This document shows, in pieces, positions 23,866 through 34,142 of a DNA stretch of 64,000 nucleotides (its first letter is position 1; each line of letters opens with the position of its first letter). The notes below the pieces were generated by a model, which did no database searches, was not told the origin of the DNA, and saw only the letters and a list, made by a program, of their open reading frames with translations. Source of the DNA: Candidatus Vogelbacteria bacterium (GTDB lineage: Bacteria > Patescibacteriota > Minisyncoccia > Phycocordibacterales > XYD1-FULL-46-19); contig CAIRHC010000006.1 in the NCBI GenBank assembly GCA_903878275.1, forward strand, positions 15,633 through 79,632. The letters run 5' to 3'. Both the position numbers and the translations under genes were made by a program.

Positions 23866-25737
23866 ATGACTTCCGAAGAAATTCGTCAGAAATTTTTAAA
23901 ATTTTTCGAAAAGTGGGGACACAAAATTGTGCCTTCGGCTTCGCTCGTGCCCAGTGAATATGGTGACGAGGGCACGCTTTTTACGACCGCTGGGATGCAA
24001 CCGATAATCCCGTATCTTTTAGGTAAAGTCCATCCTGATGGTACCAGAATTGCGGATATCCAAAAATGTGTCCGGACTGGTGATATTGATGATGTCGGTG
24101 ACAATCGTCACAATACTTTTTTTGAGATGCTGGGAAATTGGAGCCTTGGTGATTATTTTAAGACCGAATCAATTCCTTGGAGCTTTGAATTTTTAACCAA
24201 CAAAGATTATGGTCTCGGTCTTGATCCTGCGCGATTTTATGTCACTACTTTTGCCGGCACTTCGGAAATTCCACGCGATAATGAATCCGTAAAAATTTGG
24301 CAAGAGGTTTTTACAAAACACGGTATTAAAGCCGACGTCGCCAGTACAAATGAAATGATTTTAGATAATATCCGAATTATTCCGCTTGGCGCTGATGATA
24401 ACTTTTGGATTGCCGGCAATACTGGTCCATGCGGAGGCGACACAGAAATTTTTTACGATGTCCGTCCCAACGAAAATAAATTGGAAGGAAAATTTAGCGA
24501 TCTAGTTGATTCTGGACGCATTATTGAAGTTTGGAATAATGTTTTTATGGAATTCAATAAAACACCAGACGGAAAATATGAACCACTAGCGAAGAAAAAT
24601 GTTGATACGGGTATGGGTCTGGAGCGAACTACTGCCGTCGTAAACGGCAAAGATCATATCTTTGAAACCGATCTTTTCCTCCCGATTATCACTAAAATCA
24701 AAGACCTAGCTTCAAATAGTAATGGAAAAGCCGAACGAATTATCGCCGATCATCTTCGTACTGCCGTTTTTATGATTGCCGATGGTGTCGCTCCAGCCAA
24801 TACCGATCGCGGTTATATTTTGCGTCGCATTATTCGCCGGATGACCAGATATAGTGACCAAATCGGCTTGCCCAATGAAGCCAGTAAAATTATCGCGGAA
24901 ATAATTATCGATAAATACAAAGCACACTATCCAAATCTGGAAACAGAAAAAGTGAAGATTTTTGACGAATTAAAAAAAGAGGAAGATCGTTTTCGGAAAA
25001 CTCTGGCAAACGGGGTCAAAGTTTTAGACAAACAATTATCCGGCAAATTCAATACCGCTATCGATGCCACCGAAAATCTGATCAGCCCCGTTTTGACTGG
25101 TGATTTCTTTTTTAATCTTTACCAATCATATGGTTTTCCTCTGGAACTGGCGCTCGAAGAAATTAAAAATCGCGGACAAAAATTATTTAAAGAGACCGAA
25201 ACAAAACTGAAAGATGAATTTTCTGATTTAATTTCCAAGCATCAAGAAACTTCGCGGGCTGGCGCCGAACAAAAATTTAAAGGCGGTCTGGCGGGAACCG
25301 GCGAAATAGAAACTAAATATCACACCGCGACGCATTTGCTTTTGGCTTCACTCCGGCAAGTTTTGGGTGCTGATATTGTCCAAAAAGGTAGCAACATCAC
25401 CGCCGAACGTTTACGTTTTGATTTTAATTGGTCGGACAAACTTACCGACGAGCAGATCAAAAAAGTTGAAGATTTGGTCAATGAAAAAATTCAGGAAAAA
25501 ATCCCCGTCGAAATGCTCGAGCTTCCAAAAAACGAAGCTCTAAAAATCGTCACAACTTTATCTTTCGATCTATCCAAATATGGTGATATGGTAAAAGTCT
25601 ACAAAATCGGCGGGTTCAGCACTGAATTTTGTGGCGGTCCTCACGTGAAAAATACCGAAGAACTTGGTCATTTCAAAATCGCCAAAGAAGAAGCCTCTTC
25701 GGCTGGAGTGAGAAGGATTAAAGCAGTTTTAGAATAA
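23866..25737 (+). CDS. alaS: alanyl-tRNA synthetase, short form (catalytic + tRNA-recognition + editing domains; no C-Ala/DHHA1 domain)
   Basis: FTTAGMQP, ...GDYFK class-II AlaRS N-terminus; editing-domain HxxxH/CGGPH (FCGGPHV). ATG 23866 preferred over the listed TTG 23779, which would run through the terminator. Confidence 0.9.
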   Translation: MTSEEIRQKFLKFFEKWGHKIVPSASLVPSEYGDEGTLFTTAGMQPIIPYLLGKVHPDGTRIADIQKCVRTGDIDDVGDNRHNTFFEMLGNWSLGDYFKTESIPWSFEFLTNKDYGLGLDPARFYVTTFAGTSEIPRDNESVKIWQEVFTKHGIKADVASTNEMILDNIRIIPLGADDNFWIAGNTGPCGGDTEIFYDVRPNENKLEGKFSDLVDSGRIIEVWNNVFMEFNKTPDGKYEPLAKKNVDTGMGLERTTAVVNGKDHIFETDLFLPIITKIKDLASNSNGKAERIIADHLRTAVFMIADGVAPANTDRGYILRRIIRRMTRYSDQIGLPNEASKIIAEIIIDKYKAHYPNLETEKVKIFDELKKEEDRFRKTLANGVKVLDKQLSGKFNTAIDATENLISPVLTGDFFFNLYQSYGFPLELALEEIKNRGQKLFKETETKLKDEFSDLISKHQETSRAGAEQKFKGGLAGTGEIETKYHTATHLLLASLRQVLGADIVQKGSNITAERLRFDFNWSDKLTDEQIKKVEDLVNEKIQEKIPVEMLELPKNEALKIVTTLSFDLSKYGDMVKVYKIGGFSTEFCGGPHVKNTEELGHFKIAKEEASSAGVRRIKAVLE

Positions 25738-25748
25738 ACTTAATTTTT

Positions 25749-26210
25749 ATGAATAAAATAATAACTAGACAAGCTAAGTTGAGTGAGTTATCACGAGTTA
25801 GTTACATAACCAAACTTGCTTACAAAATTCCTTACAAAGAAAATGCTTTGGTTACAAAATCGCACGAACCGAAAGATCTTGCTGAACGATTCTTAAAAAA
25901 AGAATTTTTCATAATTGTTGTCATTATTGACAGTAAGATTGTCGGGGCGGTCAGATATAAGTTTGTTGAAAAAAGTAATTTATATCTTTATCAACTCGCA
26001 GTGTTAAAAACCCAAAGAAAAAAAGGGATAGGTGCTATTTTAATTAGCGAAATTGAAAAAATAGCCAAGAAAAAAGGTTGCGATAAAATAACATTAGATT
26101 GTGCCGAAGAAAAGAAATTAGCTGGTTACTATCAAAAATTTGGATTTAAAATTGATGAAATTAAAAAACATCTAGACCATCACGATGTTTATATGTCGAA
26201 AAAGGTGTAG
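25749..26210 (+). CDS. GNAT family N-acetyltransferase
   Basis: QLAVLKTQRKKGIGAILISEIEKIAKKKG matches the acetyl-CoA binding motif A. Confidence 0.75.
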   Translation: MNKIITRQAKLSELSRVSYITKLAYKIPYKENALVTKSHEPKDLAERFLKKEFFIIVVIIDSKIVGAVRYKFVEKSNLYLYQLAVLKTQRKKGIGAILISEIEKIAKKKGCDKITLDCAEEKKLAGYYQKFGFKIDEIKKHLDHHDVYMSKKV

Positions 26211-26220
26211 GCAAAAATAA

Positions 26221-26667
26221 ATGAAACAGCCATTCACAATAGGCACTTTTGGAATAATCAGAGACGAGCAAAATCGGGTGCTTCTTTGTTTGCGAACTGA
26301 TTATGATTTATGGAATTTGCCCGGCGGTTGTTTAGAAAAAGGGGAATCACCGTGGGCTGGTGCTATTCGCGAAGTAAAGGAAGAAACTGGTTTAGATGTA
26401 GAAATCATTAGACTTGTTGGTATTTATAGCAAACCAGACAAAGACGACATTGTTTTTGATTTTGAATGTAAGATAATTGGCGGAGAAATTACTTTAAATG
26501 CTGAAGCTAGGGACATTAAATGGTTTGCGCTAGAAGAAATTCCCAAAAATACTCCGCCAAAACAAGTTGAAAGAATTAAAGATTTATTCGATAATAAAGA
26601 AGAAGTGGTAATGAAGATTCAGATCGGAAAAGGTGCAATTGAATTAATAAAAGAAGGTAAATTATAA
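26221..26667 (+). CDS. NUDIX hydrolase
   Basis: Nudix box LPGGCLEKGESPWAGAIREVKEETGL. Confidence 0.8.
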   Translation: MKQPFTIGTFGIIRDEQNRVLLCLRTDYDLWNLPGGCLEKGESPWAGAIREVKEETGLDVEIIRLVGIYSKPDKDDIVFDFECKIIGGEITLNAEARDIKWFALEEIPKNTPPKQVERIKDLFDNKEEVVMKIQIGKGAIELIKEGKL

Positions 26668-26675
26668 AAATTACT

Positions 26676-27098
26676 ATGAAAAAAATAATATTAGTTTTAG
26701 GATTAGTGGTAGTCATAGGGGTTGCCGTGTTTTTTGCGGCAGGATACTTAAATAAAAGTACGCTTACGCCGAATACTTCTTGGGAAGATGCCTTTAGTAA
26801 AAAAGCTGGCGAAAAAGTGATCTTAGAAGGATTTTTAAGAGACAATACTGTTCAATATCCGACAGATATCTTTTTGCAAACTGAAAAATATAACTATCTT
26901 TCTTCCAATAACGGCTATCCGATTGAGGGCCAGATACCGCTTATTGTTTCAGATTTAATTGATTGTCCAAAAGAAAACAAGGCGCAAGTAGCAGGAACTG
27001 TTGTCCTAAGAAAAGGACCCGGGGGAATGGGTTTTCGAGACGAAGGATTTACCGATTATCATTTGATAAAAGTGGATAACTGGAATTGTCAAAAATAA
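26676..27098 (+). CDS. small secreted/membrane-anchored hypothetical protein
   Basis: N-terminal signal-anchor (IILVLGLVVVIGVAVFFAAG). Confidence 0.4.
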   Translation: MKKIILVLGLVVVIGVAVFFAAGYLNKSTLTPNTSWEDAFSKKAGEKVILEGFLRDNTVQYPTDIFLQTEKYNYLSSNNGYPIEGQIPLIVSDLIDCPKENKAQVAGTVVLRKGPGGMGFRDEGFTDYHLIKVDNWNCQK

Positions 27099-27147
27099 AT
27101 TGTATTTGAACATTTTTTTCTCATTGTGGTATAATTAGCGGAGTAAA

Positions 27148-28398
27148 ATGTTTTTTACCTCGTCTAAAGAAAAAGAGAAGGAGATTGTTGGCATTATTGA
27201 TATTGGTAGTTCGCAAATTAGCGGAACGATTTTTGAATTGTCCGATAAAACTGAAATTTCTCCGTCAAAAACAGTCCCGCCCGTTGAAGACAAGCCGATC
27301 GCCGATCGTTTGCTTTTTTCTTGTGACGAAAAAATTACTTTTTCGGAAACGCCAGATGCTAGCCGTTTTCTAAGTGCGATCAGCGAGGCTTTAAAAAAAG
27401 TAATGGTTGGTCTTAAAGCTGGCCCGAAAATTCCAACCAGATTTTTTGTCTTTTTGTCTTCACCGTTTTTTGTCTCTCAAGCCAGAGTAATAAATTATGA
27501 AGGCGCGAAGCCATTTTTGGTCAACGACATTTTAATTGAAAATTTAATCAAAACTGAAACCGATAAATTTTTAGCGACCGCTCATCAAATTTTTCCAGTC
27601 AGTGTTGGCGATAGTCACGAGATAATTGAAAACAAAATCTTGCGAGTCAAATTGAACGGCTACGAAATCAAAGAACCAATCGGCAAGACCGCGCAAAGCT
27701 TGAGCCTAAGTCAATTCATCAGTGTCGGTCCAAAAGAATTGTTGAATAAGCTGGAGCTTCTGATTCATAGCGAAAAAGCTGATGCCAAAATAAGTTTCCA
27801 TACTTTTTCTTTGACGGCGTACCAGACTTTCACTCGGCTCATTGATAAAAAATATCGTAATTTTGTACTGATTGATACCGGCGGCGAAATCACTGATCTT
27901 CTAGTGGTTGCCGACGGACTTTTGGTGGAGCATCTATCTTTTCCGAAAGGTAAAAACTATTTAATCCGCAAACTAGCTAAAAAAATGGGGACAGTTTTTG
28001 CCGAAGCCTCATCATCGCTGGAAATTTATCAAAGCGGACAGGCGAGTATCGTGCTGAAAAATCGGCTAGAATCAGCTTTGGTGGAAATCAAAAAAGACTG
28101 GCTCGGATCTTTCAAAGAAGCGCTGGCAAAAGTGACCGAAACTGTTTTTTTACCAGAAAACTTTTTTATTCTTGGCGACGACAAGTCCGATGAAATTTTT
28201 GTTGATTTTATTGAGAAAGAAAGTATGATCGAACTTTCACTAAGTCAAAATAATTTCGATGTCATATTTGTGGATAATTCGATTCTTTCTGGAAACTCTA
28301 TAGCCAAACAACGCCTACCAAACAACCTTTTTCTATTTGTAGAATCTTATTATTGTGATAAAATATATTCTAAGACAGCGTCACTCTATTTTTTGTAA
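27148..28398 (+). CDS. actin-like ATPase of the PilM/FtsA family (probable type IV pilus assembly PilM)
   Basis: N-terminal IVGIIDIGSSQISGTIFEL and FVLIDTGGEITDLLVVADG resemble the PilM/FtsA phosphate-1 and phosphate-2 motifs. Confidence 0.5.
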   Translation: MFFTSSKEKEKEIVGIIDIGSSQISGTIFELSDKTEISPSKTVPPVEDKPIADRLLFSCDEKITFSETPDASRFLSAISEALKKVMVGLKAGPKIPTRFFVFLSSPFFVSQARVINYEGAKPFLVNDILIENLIKTETDKFLATAHQIFPVSVGDSHEIIENKILRVKLNGYEIKEPIGKTAQSLSLSQFISVGPKELLNKLELLIHSEKADAKISFHTFSLTAYQTFTRLIDKKYRNFVLIDTGGEITDLLVVADGLLVEHLSFPKGKNYLIRKLAKKMGTVFAEASSSLEIYQSGQASIVLKNRLESALVEIKKDWLGSFKEALAKVTETVFLPENFFILGDDKSDEIFVDFIEKESMIELSLSQNNFDVIFVDNSILSGNSIAKQRLPNNLFLFVESYYCDKIYSKTASLYFL

Positions 28399-28424
28399 TT
28401 TATTTTTAATAATTTTTAATAACT

Positions 28425-29723
28425 ATGGAAGATATATCAAAACCCAAAAAAAGTCTTGCCGAGATATTTCCCGGTAGCCATTCTGCCAGTTCGGGAAACA
28501 AAGTTTCTCTTGGTCGTTCGAGCGTCGAAAATACCTCACTGCCATTACCGAAACCAAAAGGAAATCTCAAATTAAAATTATTTATCGCTATTTTTGTGGT
28601 GGTGGTTGTTGCCACTTCCTGCTTCGCTCTGTCTAGTTATTATGCCAGCGCAACGATAAAAATTACTCCGAATCAAGGTCAGCTATTTATAAATGGTACT
28701 TATGAAGCAACAAAAGATGGTGCTGACGGTTTAAAATTTATTTTAGCGACCAACGTTGAGAGTAGTGCCAAAATGACCGTCGATGCTACCGGCGAGGAAG
28801 ATGTAAAAACAAAAGCGGTTGGAGCTGTCACGATTTTCAACAACTTCAGTGCTGATAAGATAACCTGGGTCAAAAGTACTAGGCTCGAATCTGCCGATGG
28901 CTTGATTTACCGTCTCGACCAGACGACCACCATTCCTGGAATGACCAAAGGTACTGATGGCACGACCACGCCAGGACAGATCACCGCTGCCGTCACCGCG
29001 GACAAAATAGGTGAAGAATACAACAAGACCCAAGCCGATTTTACAATTCCAGGTCTAAAAGGTACACCAAAATTTGCTAAAATGTCGGCGACCATTGCCA
29101 CTCCGATTACCGGCGGTTTCAACGGCAAGAAAAAGAAAATTTCCGAGCTAGACAAAGCCGGAGCGATTACCGCTCTAAAAAGCCAACTTCAAACCGAATT
29201 ACTCAAAAAAATGAGGCCGATGATACCAGACACTCTGGTAATGTTTGACGACGGGATGATTATTCAATATACCGAAGACACCACCGCGATGGAAGAAAGT
29301 TTAGATAAAAACAAAGCGATTGTGGCTCTGAAAGCGACCGCGACCGGCGTTTCTTTCGACAAACAAGAATTCAGTAAATATTTTGCCAAAATCCAGCTCA
29401 AAGATTACAAAGACGAAGATGTTTCAATTGTCGATCTCGATAAATTCAAATTTACCATTCAAAACAAAGGTTCCACCACCCCAGAAAAACTAGAAAAGGT
29501 GAGTTTTAATTTAGAAGGCAAAGGGCACTTGGTCTGGAACTACGACGAAAAAGCCTTAATTTCTGACCTTCAGGCTGTAAAAGATGGTAATTATCAGTCT
29601 GTTTTTGGTAAGTTTCCGGCAATAAAAAGTGCTCTGATTGTCTTTCAGCCGCCTTGGATTAGGAGCATTTCCCAGAACCCCGACAAAACAAAAATAGAAA
29701 AAATAATAGACACCAGTAATTAA
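28425..29723 (+). CDS. membrane-anchored hypothetical protein (single N-terminal TM, beta-rich ectodomain)
   Basis: TM LKLFIAIFVVVVVATSCFALSSYYA. No domain recognised. Confidence 0.4.
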   Translation: MEDISKPKKSLAEIFPGSHSASSGNKVSLGRSSVENTSLPLPKPKGNLKLKLFIAIFVVVVVATSCFALSSYYASATIKITPNQGQLFINGTYEATKDGADGLKFILATNVESSAKMTVDATGEEDVKTKAVGAVTIFNNFSADKITWVKSTRLESADGLIYRLDQTTTIPGMTKGTDGTTTPGQITAAVTADKIGEEYNKTQADFTIPGLKGTPKFAKMSATIATPITGGFNGKKKKISELDKAGAITALKSQLQTELLKKMRPMIPDTLVMFDDGMIIQYTEDTTAMEESLDKNKAIVALKATATGVSFDKQEFSKYFAKIQLKDYKDEDVSIVDLDKFKFTIQNKGSTTPEKLEKVSFNLEGKGHLVWNYDEKALISDLQAVKDGNYQSVFGKFPAIKSALIVFQPPWIRSISQNPDKTKIEKIIDTSN

Positions 29724-29946
29724 GCTAGTAATTTACCCACCGAACGACACGTGCGGCTTGCCCCGTTGCAAACTTTGGCATTACTTTGAGGTGTTTTAAT
29801 TTTACTGGCTGTTTACTATTCAAATTGAGATAATAGTCGATAATAAACCACGCACATCCAAAGGCAAAGTAAAACAATGCCAAAGTTGACATACGGGGCT
29901 TGACTTTTAGGGTCATAATTTGTTAATATATTCAAGTCTATTTGTA

Positions 29947-30195
29947 ATGGATAAGCACAAAAAAAATAACTTAAATCCGCCCAATTTTCGAAAGGAAGAA
30001 GAGGTGGTATCTGGAGTAGTGACCGAAGCTCTTCCAAATACTTTATTTCGAGTAAAAATTAGCGAGGACAAAGAAATACTGGCTTATTTGGCCGGTAAAA
30101 TGCGTCTTCATCGAATCAGAGTAATGGTCGGCGATCGAGTTGGTCTCGTAATGGATCCTTACGGTGGCCGAGGCAGAATCAGCAAAAGATTCTAG
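29947..30195 (+). CDS. infA: translation initiation factor IF-1
   Basis: ...VVTEALPNTLFRVKISEDKEILAYLAGKMRLHRIRVMVGDRVGLVMDPYGGRGRI matches the IF-1 S1-like fold consensus. Start at the internal ATG of ORF 29920. Confidence 0.85.
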   Translation: MDKHKKNNLNPPNFRKEEEVVSGVVTEALPNTLFRVKISEDKEILAYLAGKMRLHRIRVMVGDRVGLVMDPYGGRGRISKRF

Positions 30196-30210
30196 CCCTA
30201 ATTAATTTAA

Positions 30211-30327
30211 ATGAAAATCAAATCCACAATTAAAAAAAGATGTGCTGGTTGTAAAATGGTCAAGCGACGTGGCCATCTTTATATTATTTGCAAAACAAAG
30301 CCTCGTCATAAACAAAAACAAGCTTAA
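30211..30327 (+). CDS. rpmJ: 50S ribosomal protein L36
   Basis: Unlisted 38-aa [41 protein letters not shown] (C-x2-C...C-x4-H zinc ribbon), between infA and rpsM as in the canonical order. Confidence 0.85.
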   Translation: MKIKSTIKKRCAGCKMVKRRGHLYIICKTKPRHKQKQA

Positions 30328-30332
30328 TTTTT

Positions 30333-30713
30333 ATGAGAATTTCTGGTATTACATTACCCAATAATAAAAGAATTGAATACGCCCTCACGGCGGTTTATGG
30401 CATTGGCATCAATCGTTCTCGAAAAATTCTAACATCAGCCGGAATTGACCACGGACGAAGAGGAGACACTTTGACCGGTGAAGAAGAAAATCAGATCCGT
30501 AAAGGTATTGAATCTTACAAAATTGAAGGTGATTTGAAACGAGAAATTTCTGGAAACATCAAAAGATTAAAGGATGTCAAATCTTATCGTGGCTCACGCC
30601 ATCTAAAAGGTTTGCCAAGCCGTGGCCAACGAACCAAAACCAATTCTCGCACTCGCCGAGGTAATGTCCGCAAGACGATGGGTTCTGGTAAGCGAAAAGT
30701 TGATAAGAAATAA
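30333..30713 (+). CDS. rpsM: 30S ribosomal protein S13
   Basis: MRISGITLPNNKRIEYALTAVYGIGINRSRKIL... matches the S13 consensus. Confidence 0.9.
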   Translation: MRISGITLPNNKRIEYALTAVYGIGINRSRKILTSAGIDHGRRGDTLTGEEENQIRKGIESYKIEGDLKREISGNIKRLKDVKSYRGSRHLKGLPSRGQRTKTNSRTRRGNVRKTMGSGKRKVDKK

Positions 30714-30719
30714 AATAAT

Positions 30720-31145
30720 ATGGGAAAGAAACGCATCATCAAAAAGGGCGGGCAAGATTCGGCTAAAGGAGCTAGTTCTTCTCGTGCCTCAAAGAAAAAA
30801 CTCGACAAGGGTATTCTTTTTGTTGAAGCCACTTACAATAATACCAAACTAATGGTCACCGATACTGAAGGCAAAGCTTATCTCTGGTCTTCGAGCGGTT
30901 CGCTCGGTTTTTCTGGCTCCAAAAAAGGGACACCATTTGCCGCTGGTAAAGTCGGTGATCTTTTGGCTGAACGAGCTCAAGCTATCGGCGTTAAAGATGT
31001 CGACGTTGTCATTAAGGGTGTCGGTGCTGGTCGCGAATCTTCGATCCGAGCTTTTTCCGCTAAAGGCATCAATATTTTATCAATCAAAGACAAAACTCCG
31101 GTTCCGTTCAACGGACCGAAGCCACCAAAACCACGTCGTGTGTAA
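30720..31145 (+). CDS. rpsK: 30S ribosomal protein S11
   Basis: ...ILFVEATYNNTKLMVTDTEGKAYLWSSSGSLGFSGSKKGTPFAA... matches the S11 consensus. Confidence 0.9.
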   Translation: MGKKRIIKKGGQDSAKGASSSRASKKKLDKGILFVEATYNNTKLMVTDTEGKAYLWSSSGSLGFSGSKKGTPFAAGKVGDLLAERAQAIGVKDVDVVIKGVGAGRESSIRAFSAKGINILSIKDKTPVPFNGPKPPKPRRV

Positions 31146-31294
31146 GATAAATCAAAATTAAAATATCAAAATGAAAAATGACACTTTAAAATTTATTAAT
31201 TCAAAAATTTCAAAAAAGTATTTTGGGATTAAATCATTTTGTATTTTTGCATTGTAATTTTGCATTTTGATTTTTACACTTTACATTAATTATC

Positions 31295-31909
31295 ATGAAA
31301 ACTGGACCAAAATTTAAAATTTGCAGACGCTTAGGTGATAAGGTTTTTGGTAAATGCCAAACAACCAAATTTGCTATTTCTGGTACCGAAAAAAAGCGCA
31401 AAACTTCCAAACATCCAAAAGGTGCTCCTTCCGAATACGCTTTGCAATTACTGGAAAAACAAAAAGCTAAATATACTTACGGTACGACCGAGAAGCAATT
31501 TCGTGGTTATGTCGACAAAGTAAAAAAAGTAAAAGGTAGCAATCACAGCGTTGATTTATACAAAAACCTAGAATCTCGTTTGGACAATATTGTCTTTCGT
31601 ATGGGTATTGCCGGCACCCGTTCGCTTGCTCGTCAATTGGTTTCTCACGGTCACATCTTGGTCAACAACCGCAAAGTCCGGGTGCCATCCGCCGCGATCA
31701 AAATTAAAGATGTCATAAAAATCCGCCCAGAAAGTCGAAATAAAGCTGTTTTTAGTGACCTGACAGACAAAGCTAAAAATTATTCCGTTCCAGAATGGCT
31801 ATCTTTTGATTTCGAAAAAAACGAAGGAGTCGTCCGGGGTATTCCTCTGATGGGTAAGTCTGAATCCATCATTGATTTTAGCTCAATTTTAGAATTTTAT
31901 AGTCGATAA
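31295..31909 (+). CDS. rpsD: 30S ribosomal protein S4
   Basis: S4 N-terminus and S4 RNA-binding domain LESRLDNIVFRMGIAGTRSLARQLVSHGHILVNNRKV. Confidence 0.9.
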   Translation: MKTGPKFKICRRLGDKVFGKCQTTKFAISGTEKKRKTSKHPKGAPSEYALQLLEKQKAKYTYGTTEKQFRGYVDKVKKVKGSNHSVDLYKNLESRLDNIVFRMGIAGTRSLARQLVSHGHILVNNRKVRVPSAAIKIKDVIKIRPESRNKAVFSDLTDKAKNYSVPEWLSFDFEKNEGVVRGIPLMGKSESIIDFSSILEFYSR

Positions 31910-31943
31910 AGGTCAATTATTTTTTATAAATAACTATTTTATT

Positions 31944-32909
31944 ATGCCTGATTTTAATATTATCTTACCTTCCAAGCCAAAAATTATCGCTGAAGAAGGA
32001 CATATGGGAGTCTACGAAATCGAGGGTCTATACCCAGGTTATGGACACACCTTAGGTAATTCGCTTCGTCGAATTATGCTCTCTTCTATTCCTGGTTTTT
32101 CTATCGTTTCGATTAAAATCGAAGACGTCAACCACGAGTTCACCACGATCAAAGGCATCAAGGAAGATGTCATCAATATCATTTTGAATCTCAAGAAAGT
32201 TCGTTTTAAGGTAGATGGCGATAAGGCTCAAATCGTAAAGATTAATGCCAAAGGTCAGAAAGAAATCAAAGCCGGCGATATCGACGTACCCGGTCAAGTC
32301 GAAGTAATGAACAAAGACCAGCACGTTGCCACTTTAACCGACAAAAATTCTTCTTTTGTGGTGGAGATCACCCTTGAAAAAGGTTTGGGTTATGTTTCAA
32401 AAGAAGTTTTACAAAAGGATAAAGTAGATGTCGGTACCATTGCTGTCGATGCTATTTTCACCCCGATCCGTAAAGCTAGTTATGAAGTTGAAAATATGCG
32501 TGTTGAAGATCGCACTGATTTCAATAAACTACGCGTTCATATTGAGACCGATGGTACTATCAGCCCACGCGAAACTTTAGAAAGAAGCATTACCGTAATG
32601 ATTCAGCAATTAAAAGCGATTGTTGGTTTCAAAGAAGAAAATGAGGAGACCTACAAAAACTTGAAAGAGGATATGAAAAATTCTGACAACGAAGAAGAAA
32701 AGTCAGCTTCAGACAAACTAAAGACCAAGATTGAAGATTTCAATTTGTCCTTCCGTACCACCAAAGCTCTGACCAACGCTGGTATCAAAACCCTCGGCGG
32801 TCTAGCCAAGAAAAAAGAGGAGGATCTTTTGAATATCAGTGGGATTGGCGACAAGGGCGTTCAAGAAATTAAAGGCATCTTGAATGATTTAGGAATTACG
32901 TTAAAGTAA
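31944..32909 (+). CDS. rpoA: DNA-directed RNA polymerase alpha subunit
   Basis: GYGHTLGNSLRRIMLSSIPG N-terminal domain; C-terminal HhH alpha-CTD (FRTTKALTNAGIKTLGGL). Confidence 0.9.
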   Translation: MPDFNIILPSKPKIIAEEGHMGVYEIEGLYPGYGHTLGNSLRRIMLSSIPGFSIVSIKIEDVNHEFTTIKGIKEDVINIILNLKKVRFKVDGDKAQIVKINAKGQKEIKAGDIDVPGQVEVMNKDQHVATLTDKNSSFVVEITLEKGLGYVSKEVLQKDKVDVGTIAVDAIFTPIRKASYEVENMRVEDRTDFNKLRVHIETDGTISPRETLERSITVMIQQLKAIVGFKEENEETYKNLKEDMKNSDNEEEKSASDKLKTKIEDFNLSFRTTKALTNAGIKTLGGLAKKKEEDLLNISGIGDKGVQEIKGILNDLGITLK

Positions 32910-32918
32910 GATAATAAT

Positions 32919-33272
32919 ATGAGACACCAAGCAAAAGGCAGAAAATTTAATCGAGAAAGAAAAGGGCGTACCGCATTGCTTCGTTCTTTGGCGTCTAATC
33001 TTATTTCTAAGGAAAAAATCAGCACGACCGAAGCCAAAGCCAAAGAAATTCGTCCATATGTTGAAAAATTGGTCACCAAAGCGATGAAAGATACCCCGAC
33101 CAATCGCCGTCTTATTTCCGAAAAATTGGGTTCGACTGTTCGCACCAATAAATTGTTCAAAGAAATTGCCCCACGATTCGTCGGTCGCGCCGGTGGTTAT
33201 ACGCGCATTACCAAACTACCAGCTCGCTTAAGTGACGCTAGTCCAATGGCAATTATTGAATTTGTTTCATAA
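32919..33272 (+). CDS. rplQ: 50S ribosomal protein L17
   Basis: MRHQAKGRKFNRERKGRTALLRSLASNLI... matches the L17 consensus. Confidence 0.9.
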   Translation: MRHQAKGRKFNRERKGRTALLRSLASNLISKEKISTTEAKAKEIRPYVEKLVTKAMKDTPTNRRLISEKLGSTVRTNKLFKEIAPRFVGRAGGYTRITKLPARLSDASPMAIIEFVS

Positions 33273-33276
33273 AAAT

Positions 33277-33642
33277 ATGGCTGAAAAAATTATCACAAAA
33301 GAATTTACCATTGATGCTACTGGCAAAGCGGTCGGGCGAGTCGCGACGTCTGTCGTAAAAATTTTACGCGGTAAAGATTCCGCCTCTTTTGAGCGAAACA
33401 TTGCACCAAAAGTTATTGTGACGGTTACCAATGCTTCGAAAATGAGTGTCACTGCCAAAAAAGCCAAGGACAAAAAATATTACAATTACAGCGGTTATCC
33501 TGGTGGTATGCGCGAGCGAAGTTTGGCACAAGTCGCTGATAAAAAAGGTTATGCCGAAGTTTTGCGTATTGCCGTCAAAGGAATGTTGCCGACCAACAAA
33601 TTACAAGCCGTGATGATGAAAAATTTAAAAATTACCGAATAA
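33277..33642 (+). CDS. rplM: 50S ribosomal protein L13
   Basis: Internal ATG of ORF 33232. ...GKAVGRVATSVVKILRGK...YYNYSGYPGG... matches the L13 consensus. Confidence 0.9.
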   Translation: MAEKIITKEFTIDATGKAVGRVATSVVKILRGKDSASFERNIAPKVIVTVTNASKMSVTAKKAKDKKYYNYSGYPGGMRERSLAQVADKKGYAEVLRIAVKGMLPTNKLQAVMMKNLKITE

Positions 33643-33646
33643 TTAT

Positions 33647-34057
33647 ATGGCAACTATTTCCAAAACAACAAAATACATTGAAGCTGTCGGTCGCCGAAAA
33701 ACGAGTGTCGCTCGTATTCGCTTGCAACCAAGCTCAAAAGGAAGCTTAAGTATCAACGAAAAAACAGCGGAGGTTTATTTTCCAACCAAAGAATTACGAA
33801 ATAAATCAACTGATCTGATTGAACAATACAAAGAAGCTGGCGCTTTCGCCATTACCGCTCATATCAAAGGCGGGGGGATCAGCTCTCAATCCGAAGCTTT
33901 CCGCCAAGCCCTGGCTCGCGCCTTAGTCAAAGCCGACGAATCCCTAAAACCAGCTATCAAAAAAGAAGGTTTACTTACCAGAGACGCCCGCGAAAAAGAA
34001 CGCCGTAAATTCGGTCTCAAAAAAGCTCGCAAATCTCCACAATGGTCTAAACGCTAG
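33647..34057 (+). CDS. rpsI: 30S ribosomal protein S9
   Basis: ...YIEAVGRRKTSVARIRLQPS...GGGISSQSEAFRQALARAL...RRKFGLKKARKSPQWSKR matches the S9 consensus. Confidence 0.9.
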   Translation: MATISKTTKYIEAVGRRKTSVARIRLQPSSKGSLSINEKTAEVYFPTKELRNKSTDLIEQYKEAGAFAITAHIKGGGISSQSEAFRQALARALVKADESLKPAIKKEGLLTRDAREKERRKFGLKKARKSPQWSKR

Positions 34058-34067
34058 ACTCAAAAAA

Positions 34068-34089
34068 CCCCGAAATTTCGGGGTTTTTT
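34068..34089 (+). terminator. intrinsic terminator ending the ribosomal/RNAP operon
   Basis: CCCCGAAA/TTTCGGGG hairpin followed by TTTTTT. Confidence 0.75.
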
Positions 34090-34142
34090 GAACAATTGAA
34101 AAATTTGACAAGGATGTTATAATATAGGTAATAAATAGCTTT

